64,000 nt of DNA from positions 33,418,001-33,482,000 of the forward strand of contig NC_043000.1 of assembly GCF_006345805.1 (NCBI RefSeq). The letters run 5' to 3'. The translations under genes were made by a program, and so were the position numbers. The DNA is from Octopus sinensis. Taxonomy: Eukaryota. Shown here in pieces: positions 55,131-64,000 of the stretch; position 1 is the stretch's first letter, and every line of letters starts with the position of its first letter. The notes under the pieces were generated by a model that made no database searches, was not told the DNA's origin, and saw only the letters and a program-made list of their open reading frames with translations.

Positions 55131-55524
55131 ATGTAACAATATAATTCAGAGTTTATTTTATTTTTTAGCTGCAAAAAAAAGGGGGCCGTGTCTATGACTC
55201 CTCGCGGAGCCTTTGGGGCCACCGGCAGTTTTGGACAAAGCAGATTAGGATTTTTATTGTACATCGACTTCATGTCATTAGCTATAACCACCGGTGCTAT
55301 TGTCCACTAATTGTCTTTGAAAATAAATAAATAAAACTTGCATGGTTGGCAGTGAAGCACTGTTGCCTTTGATTCGTTTAAATGTTTTAGACATGTTTAG
55401 TCTTCAAAAAGGCCATTTTTACTGCGGGTTGTCATGGAGAAAAGTTATCGTTTTATGCAAAAGGTGTGAAACACTACTTGATTTCTAGTTATTTCGGAGT
55501 TGTCCCTCTTGGTAATAATAATAA

Positions 55525-55742
55525 TTATTTCTACTTTAGGTACAAGGCTCTAAAGATTGGGGGGGGGGGGCTAGCTGATTATATCGACCCTTGTGCGTAA
55601 CTGGTACTTATTTCATCGATCCCGAATAGATGAAAGGCAAAGTTGACCTCGGTGGAATTTGAACTCAGAACGTATTGGCAGACGAAACACTGCTAAGCAT
55701 TTCGCCCAGCGCGCTGACGATTCCGTCAACTTGCTGCCTTGG
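55525..55742 (-). mobile_element. SINE family B monomer (tail type 2)
   Basis: Aligns with the 22879 copy. Confidence 0.85.
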
Positions 55743-55842
55743 TGTGCAATAATAACGAGAACAAAAGCAGCCCGAAGTGCATATATTAGTGCATTGGGGG
55801 TGTTCCGAAATGGCTTTGGCGTTTTATTACATTTTTGGCTAG

Positions 55843-56163
55843 TGAAGGAGCGTGGCTTAGTGGTTAGGATCATTCGACTTAAGATCGTAAGGTCGTGAGT
55901 TCAATCCTGGCAACGCGTTGCGTCCTTGAGTAAGACACTTTATTTCACGTTGCTCCAGTCCACTTACCCGACCAAATGAATAGTACCTGTAATTCAAAGA
56001 AGCAGCCTTGTCACATTCTGTGACAAACTGAATCTCACTGAGAATTACATTAAGGATATGCACGTCTGTGGAGTACTCGGCCACTTGTACGTTTATTTCA
56101 CGAGCAGGCTGTTCCGTTGATCGGGTCAACTGGAACCCTCGTCGTCGTAACCGACGGAATGCC
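55843..56163 (+). mobile_element. SINE family D (tRNA head, CORE-like middle, tail shared with family C)
   Basis: TGGCTTAGTGG A box, GAGTTCAATCC B box, GTCCTTGAGTAAGACACTT; 3' half aligns with 4755-4935. Confidence 0.88.
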
Positions 56164-56882
56164 ATTAATTACATCCTTTGGTTAAAGAGAGAATGGTCAT
56201 TTCACTGGTCAAATGATTGGCCCAAGTATAATTTGAAATGACCAGAAAATTAGAAATACATTATAACAGATTAATAAGATAGAAGAAAATTCCTGGGAAG
56301 GCATCGGTGCCAGCGGTCACCCCCGCCACCACCATTTGGAAATCATCAAGTCTACCGAACTGACCCAGCAAATGAAATTGAAGAACCAATAATTTCATCT
56401 CCATTAAATGCGGCACAACCCACCCCTGCGAGAGAAACAGTAACCAGATCTCCCTCACAGTGCACCCTCAACAACATGTGTAAATAAAAGACGGAATGGT
56501 CACGGCTGGAATTAGTTTAGTCATAAGTATGCTCAATTAGAACTAGCAACCCGTGAGTAAATTAACCAAGAGGCAGGTTTTGTTGTAATAATGATATTAG
56601 TTTCGCCTGGAGAGGAAGTACTCGACACAGTATATATCTGGTATATTGATTATCAAACCTCCGAAGATGAAAGGTGAAGTCAGTCAAAGTACGATTTGAA
56701 CCTAAAACGTGAAGTACGTAATTCAGTTGTGTTACTCTATTTCGTCTGACTGTCTACCGATTCTACCTGTAGGCCGCCCACCTGCCTCAACCACGATGAC
56801 GACGACGACAACGACGACCAGTAGCCCCCCCCCCACCGCTGCCGCCACAACCAGCACCAGCACCAGCACCACCAGCACCAGC

Positions 56883-56913
<31 letters not shown>

Positions 56914-57204
56914 GTACAAAAAAAAAACATGAATGAATTTCTAGCATCGACAGAAGATGGTAGAAAAAAGTTGATTACTCACCAACGCTTGCATTTAATT
57001 GGTACAAATTTTATCGATCCTGGGACGATGAAAGTAAAGTCGGCTCCAGCAGGATTTGAAGTTAGTATGCAAAAAACCAGCAGCACCATCACCACCACCA
57101 CTACCGCCACCGCCGCCACCACCGTTACCACTTTCGCCGCCACCGCCACCACCACCGCCGCTGCCGACGCCGCCGCCGCCAACGCAAGGTCATGCGCTGT
57201 TTAT

Positions 57205-57340
57205 CTTGATAATGTGATGCATGTGCCTGGTGTACCCTTATCAGACGGGTAGTCATGATGGGTATACTGGGCTTCGTATATTTTACCCCAGTGTCACTTG
57301 GATTGCATGCACTGTTCTCTCACTCAATAATAATAATATT
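57205..57340 (+). mobile_element. Probable retroposon 3' tail ending in (AAT)n
   Basis: GTACCCTTATCAGACGGGTAGTCATGATGGG...CTCTCACTCAATAATAAT. Recognised from memory only; single copy in this window. Confidence 0.45.
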
Positions 57341-57346
57341 AATAAT

Positions 57347-58080
57347 GATTTCATTTATTTGCCGCAAGGGTGAAGGTTGAGGAGGACAATACGGAGAGAG
57401 ACTTGAAGTATGAGGATTTAATATAATAATGAAATGATAAAAAAAAAATAAAGCATACACGGTATACGCTGGAAAAGAAGGGACATATGCATAACATACA
57501 AAGGGGAAAAGAAGGAGGGGGTACGATGATAGAGATGTGGCCCTCTTGATAGAGGAACGCCTCTAGGGATAATCGAGGAACCCCACTGTCCGAGATTTCC
57601 CTGAAGTCCTATGAGCAAGTGCTCTCCCCAATTCCTTCTCCCCGGCTCACAGGTCTACACTTAGAGAGGTACCATCCACTCTTGCCATTTTCGCATCTTT
57701 CTCCCACTTTTCAGTAAACTCACTCGAGGACAGCACTTCACTCTCCACTCTCATTTTCCTTTTCAAGTGAAACTTGAAAAAGTCAATGAGAGTTCTACCA
57801 AAGAGGAATGGATCTGTCCTCATGCCTTTCAGCCTTGTCCACCAAACAACCTCTTTCGCCACAGCCACCAGGCAAAGGAAAATTGCCTTGCCTGTCTATT
57901 TGAAGGAGGGCGGCGGTGCAATCATCACTACAGACTCGGCCGACAGTCGGGTCCGTGCTACACGTAGCAGTAGCTGTTCGACATAACCCCACAAGTCAGC
58001 AATGCTCGGACATTGAACGAGGGCGTGCAGGACGGTTTCGTCACTCTGCGCGCACCTCGGACAAGTCCGTCTGACAGCGC
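57347..58080 (-). mobile_element. L1/Tx1-type LINE, 5'-truncated (zf-RVT, ORF2 C-terminus and 3' UTR)
   Basis: Minus strand TCPRCAQSDETVLHALVQCP...LWGYV...AVAKEVVWWTR...FTEKW; stop at 57647; AATAAA at the 3' end; microsatellite flanks. Confidence 0.88.
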
Positions 58081-58909
58081 ATCAATGATGATGATAACAA
58101 TAATAACAACAACAACAACGACGACGACGACGACGACGACGACGATGATGATGATGATGATGGTAATGGTGGGAGGGGGAGAGACAGGAAAAATCTAGGG
58201 AAAGAAGAATCTGAAGAAGAAAAGGGAAAAGAAGGTAACTATCACAGAGAGTCCTGATATAATTATTTCTGAAAAACAACAACATCAACAACAACATCAT
58301 TTAATGTTTCCAAGTTGAAAACATCCTTTAGCTAAAAGTTGTTTGAAAAACAAGAAATGGAAGTCAGCAATAAACTGTTCTTTTGACTCTAAATCGAATG
58401 AATTCAATAAAACGATGTATCGAAGGGAGGGTAGGGGTGGGGGTAGGAGAGGCGAAGTAGGAGAAAGGGACAGATCAAACAGTTTGGAAAGAAATATTTG
58501 AATAGAGGAATAAGAATTCCTGGTAAATATCCAGGAATATATCCACCACCTGGTGCTGTTCGCTGTTGTGTGTGTGTGTGTGTGTTTGTGAGTGTCTCTG
58601 TATTTTATTTGTTGAGTTTAATGTTGTATAATGTGGCATACGCTGATCATTACTACAACTAAACACCACCACCACCACCACCACCACCACCATTCTGCCG
58701 TCATAAACGAAGATCAAATCTGAAAGACACTCGCAGACATTGGTTAAAGTCTAAAAGCCAACAAGTGATGTCATGCTTACTCCTGATACATAAGTGAAGG
58801 TCATGTAGAATACAGTGCTCTGCTGAGGTATGGCTGCAGTGGTTTTAGAAGCTCGCTTTGTAACTCCTATACCAGTGAACTAAGTGAACTAACACCCCTT
58901 ATTTTTCGA

Positions 58910-59313
58910 GCAGCTTCCGGAGTATTCGAGCGGTTCCAATCAGTGCTGTTTTCCGCAAGTGCTCCACCCTTATTGCTGACCCGATTTGTCACCATCCCTT
59001 TTCCACACGCACATACATACTCTCTTATACACACGCACGCGCACCTTCATTTTGGGATCGCCATTACTTTATTATACCTCCCCTTCTTCGTAGCTCACCT
59101 GTGTGACCCTTCTGTCCGGCATTCGCCATAATAGATAGCTAGCCACTACACATTCTTTATTTTCTCTCCTTGTTTCCTTCTGTGTTCCTTTCCGTGGAAG
59201 AGCATAGGCTCGAAACGTTAAAGACTTTTTCACTTCCCGAGCGTTAAACTAATACATCTCTTTGTTGTCTACACCACCTGACTTCATCTTTTGTTTTTTG
59301 TGAATTCTCCCTA
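58910..59313 (+). mobile_element. Penelope-like 3'/pLTR relic with degenerate hammerhead (related tail at ~17350-17420)
   Basis: CTTT-CCGTGGA-A-GAGC ATAG GCTC-GAAA-CGTT-AAAG at 59188-59223. Confidence 0.55.
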
Positions 59314-59659
59314 ACTCCTAGCATTTCAAAATAAATGGCTACTGTGGTAATTTAACCAACTTCTTAATTACTTCAGGTCTCTCTCTCCCTTCTCAAGAAG
59401 CACCATTAGATTCCAAGAGCAAGACTAGTGGAAATCTATGCCACAAAATGAAGAATTCTATGAAATCAATGACGTCACGCTCACATCATGAAATATTTCT
59501 TAAGTCCAATAAAATTTTCTTCCAGACTTCTCCCATCAATCGTCGTATTCGTTGTGAAGGGTCCACTATGTTGTCAATACTTTTTATCTCTGTACATTTT
59601 TGCTAAAACTTATTCACAGCAACCTATTCCTCTCGCACCAAGTTGCCATGCTGTCATCA

Positions 59660-59877
59660 GAAACGTTAGCACGTCGGGCGAAATGCGTAGCCGTATTTCG
59701 TCTGCCGTTACGTTCTGAGTTCAAATTCCGCCGAGGTCGACTTTGCCTTTCATACTTTCGGGGTCGATAAATAAAGTACCAGTTTCGCACTGGGGTCGAT
59801 GTAATCGACTTAATCACTTTGTCTGTCCTTGTTTGTCCCCTCTGTGTTTAGCCCCTTGTGGGTAATAAAGAAATAGA
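59660..59877 (+). mobile_element. SINE family B monomer (tail type 1)
   Basis: Ends ...GCCCCTTGTGGGTAATAAAGAAATAG. Confidence 0.9.
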
Positions 59878-61625
59878 TACTGTTCCGAGACAGACATGAT
59901 ATTCCCTCCTTCGACAAGCATCAACACAGACATTCACTTCGCATCATAGGAACCATCATGTGTTCTCTAAGCAGGAATATCTTCAGCTCAAACACCCAAA
60001 GACTTTCACAATAGTTGTTGTCTTTTACAGAAAAAACATTGCCAAAATTGTGTGGCCAAAACACTAACGTAACTCATTAGGGGCCAAAAATACTTCAGTC
60101 CTTAATTGCTGGCGGATCTTTTATGATGCATAGATGCAATTTACTTTAGGGTGTTAACTACATATTTAGGGGACACACATACACACACACACAGAAACAC
60201 ACACGTATGCACGCATACACACATACATATACACACAAGCATACGCACACACGCACGCACACACACATACACACACAACCACACACATACGCACGCGCAC
60301 ACACACATAAACACAAACATACACGCACAGATACATACACACATACACACACACGTACACACACACACTTCATCTATAAAAGACCTATCGGCTGCTGGGC
60401 CAAAATCCTTCTCATCAATACGCTACACAACGAGGCCTGACAAGCTCTGCCTCATTTTCTATTCCTCATTAATATTTTAATTTCTGGTTGTTCCAAACAG
60501 TCTAGGAAACCGACTATCCCCTCCATTCAAGCCCACTTCATTTGTCACCATTTCCATATCTCATCCGCGCCCTAAATACTGCAGAAAGTACTTTTAGCAA
60601 TTAAAAAAAAAAAATAAAACCTTGTTTTTCAAAACCAAGAACAACAATCTTTTAAAATTCGGTTTCTTCCAGACAAAACAGAGAAACTGAAGATGGACAT
60701 CAACCCAAAAGATTGGGACGAAATGAGAGAAAAACTATTCAAATTTATTCCATTAAATATTAAATACTAAAATGGATTATGCACAGATCACACTCACTCA
60801 ATCACGTCCTCTCTCTCTCTCTCACACACACACACACTGAAGATTCTTACTCCTTAATATTTCATTATTATCGATTCCTTAGACTCTCTTTCGCAACCTC
60901 AAACAATTCTGTCTATAGAATCCGTTGATGACCAAATGTGGCCCTCCTAAATAAATCACGTTTTCAAATATAATCAATAACGGCGAAATGTTTTCATTTT
61001 TAACAGAAAAAAATCTTAGAAAACTTTAAAAACTTTCTTTTTGAGATAAAACCAACAAAAAATATTTCAAATCTGTAATAGAGAAGTTTTTAGTAATTTT
61101 AGACTGTCTGCATATTGTTTTAAATAGGCCAACTTTCCCTTCAAGGGGGACAGGCTGTGACGTCTGGTGGGGATATACTGTGTTCATGTGAACACCGTTT
61201 AACTCTCACTACCTCAATGCTATCCGGCAATAAAACAAGTACAATATACATTATTTAACAGGATATTATATAACCCATTAGGTTATATAACAGCATGTGA
61301 CCGCTCATGCTGAATGTATGTGTCTTGTTTGTTCACCGGTTCACTGTGCTATAGCGCTCTGGAGACGACTTTCTCTTTGCGCTGGGCTTGAAACACCCAA
61401 AACTCATCGAAAGGCAAGATAACAGTGCTAAGAGGGAGTCGTCACATGAGCGTCGTTCGGCAGCGAACCGGCGAACAAGCAAATCACATACATTGAGTGT
61501 GCGCGGTCGATAATGTTTACAACACTTGCGCTGCTTTTACGTTTCGTATTCGAATACGTTTGTGTAAACAATGCGATCGAAAATAGAAAGAACACACAAA
61601 CAAACAAGCTATATAACTAGTACAA

Positions 61626-61991
61626 TCTCTCTATATATAAACGGCAAAATGTCTGTCTGTGTGTGTATCCTTTATACAAATCCACTATTTTTCAGTTAGA
61701 GGGCTCGCACTATCTATGATCATTGAAAACCGCCCAAGGGTGGTCGTGCACATCTTTACATTTCCCCAGTCACCTCGCAAAGCCATTAAAAATCAATAGA
61801 AGTGACTTTTTGTGAATTTTCTATCCAAAACCCAATCAAAATGCCCGAAACTTGATACGCCAATTGAATGCCAGTTAGCTGTATGTGATTGGTCGGAGAT
61901 TTGGACAGTACTCGCGTGTATGTGCGCACGCACGCAGCTGTATATGCATGCACTAGCACTATGACCTGGCAACGCCGGGTCATAGTGCTAG
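61626..61991 (+). mobile_element. Short non-autonomous Helitron-like element
   Basis: A|TCTCTCTATATATAAA ... hairpin ... CTAG|T, with an AT insertion site. Confidence 0.75.
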
Positions 61992-63604
61992 TGTACAATA
62001 TAACGACAATAAGATTGTACAAGGAATGTCTGAGCTCGCAGTGGTCATATCAAGTTCTCCTATTTCAAATAAGTGAATCCAACAAGAAATCCTGAACCTA
62101 ATAGAACCGCCACCCCCAACTCCATAAAAAAATGTGCACCGATTTTATGTCTTTGGTTTGCATCGAGAATATAAAATGGGAGAAAGAAATGCAACAATAT
62201 AAGTAACAACGACGATGAAGACGACGGCGGCAGCAGTGATTACAAAAGCCTGAAGAGCAAATGTGTGACTCCATGTTTAAAATGTGTGACTCCATGGATT
62301 AAAATTAGAATAAAAATTTAGAATCAAAAAAGTAAGTGCTGTCCATTTTTGCCACCGACGAACCTGTAATGCATCGAGATGGAAAGTTATGAGGATGGAT
62401 GAAAGTCAATCTAACAGATCACTGATGAAAATGTCTAAAGAGGAAGAAGAGACGGAAATGTCATTTCGACACACAGACAGAGACAATGGAGAATGGCAAA
62501 AAAAAAAAGAATGAAAAACAAGAATCAACAAAACCTAACAACACTTTATATGAAAATCTGATTTAATTAAATTAAGTCAACATAATATTAATTTAATTTC
62601 TCACAGACGAAACAACATACCGAGGGCATATATTAATTATTTAGTTTGATTTATCGTCGTGACCAAGGAAGACCATATTGGAGCAATACCAAAAACAAAC
62701 AAAACACAACACAATGAGCTAAAATGAATGTCTCTAACTGATCGTTCGACCAGGTAGAAGAAGCAGCGAAATACTCCTTAAATCGCACCACACCATCTCA
62801 AATAAGTAAAGGCCACGATGAAATATTTTTGAAAAGGCAGAGTTTCCACGGTTGGAATGCTTTTGATAACAGGTTAGTTTCATTGGGGCCGGCATGCGAT
62901 TAACAACAACGTCTGATAAATATTTTATGACATTGAATAAAAAAAAAAAACTGCGAGAATTGTAGAGGGGGAAAACAGTTACGCCATTAAGGCAAGACTG
63001 AAAGTTTACATTGGAGCAGAAAAACTAACACACGACAGAAACATCAAATAGAATTTAAATGCTGAAATAGTTTCCGTCTATTATAATCAGAGAATGGAGA
63101 ATGTAATCTTTATTGTCGATAAATTAATTTGGTTGCAGCAAGTCTGGTCGACAAAGGTATAATTATTAGATTATTAAAACGGATAACAAAGGTAGAACTA
63201 TTAAATTATTATTACTTATAACATACGCTATGATTTTAAAATCAATTTAAAATATTGAATTCAAAAATACAGTTCCACAGAGATACATACATACATGCGT
63301 ACATACATACATACATACATACATACATACATACATACATACATACATACATACATACATACACACACATGTATACATATATATGTACATATATGTATAT
63401 TATGCACGTGTATGTGTATGTATGTATATCTGCAATTCTGTAATATATACATATATATATTAATGTGTATATATAATCATATATATGTATATATGTATGT
63501 ATATATATCTACATATATATGTATATATATGTATATACATACATATATACCTTGTATAAGTATGATCAATATTGTGTACATATATATATACGCATATATA
63601 TATG

Positions 63605-63646
<42 letters not shown>

Positions 63647-63904
63647 CACATTTATATTTATACTACTAACAAATATATGACAACACATAAAGTTACAAAT
63701 ATTTAACCAATATTTACCTGCTATTATTTATAGCTTTATGTGATTCGAGATCCTCTGTTCGAATAATTTCTTGAAAATATATATATATATATATATTTGT
63801 GTATGTGTGTGTGTGTGTGTGTGTGTGTATGTAACCGGTCTCCTTAGTTTCCATGCTTCGGTTAGAACATATTTGGGGAAATACTTATATGCATGGAAAC
63901 AAAC

Positions 63905-64000
63905 ATGGGTTGGCAACAAGAACGGCACCCGGCAGTAGGAAATCTGCACCAACGAATTTCATCTGACCTGTGCAAGTATGGGAAAATTGACGTTACAACG
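63905..64000 (+). mobile_element. Probable SINE/RTE-related 3' segment
   Basis: GGGTTGGCAACAAGAACGGCACCCGGCAGTAGGAAA resembles the widespread GGGTTGGCGxCAGGAAGGGCATCCGGCCGTA motif (from memory). Confidence 0.5.

Noticed and set aside
62420-62468. CTGATGA...GAAA hammerhead candidate
   Set aside because: Stem II does not abut the core and no stem I or III is supported; likely chance.

Overview
Eukaryotic, gene-poor, repeat-saturated DNA. The SINE families and the microsatellite density suggest a cephalopod, probably Octopus; this is an inference from recalled repeat sequences, not a database result. I find no host protein-coding gene; almost all ORFs in the track are translations of (TA)n/(CA)n/(CTAT)n/(TAA)n/(CAC)n tracts. 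The window holds dozens of tRNA-derived SINE copies (my own labels A-D), a near-complete but frameshifted R4/Dong-type RLE LINE in a (TAA)n tract, an ORF1-only L1/Tx1-type element inserted into a SINE head, a Tx1 ORF2 3' fragment, Penelope RT and GIY-YIG relics, decayed CR1/Jockey-like and CRE-like LINEs, Helitron-like elements, a pogo/Tigger-like MITE and several minisatellites. The most notable signals are three. (1) Several unrelated short inverted-repeat elements carry minimal hammerhead-ribozyme motifs; one of them folds back around a tRNA-like Pol III promoter and is a candidate Penelope-mobilised retrozyme/SINE. (2) A LINE, an ORF1-only element and a SINE tail share a 3' motif. (3) SINE B is multimeric with two alternative tails, and one TSD pair flanks a whole trimer. 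Coordinates were read by eye; the edges of decayed elements are approximate.
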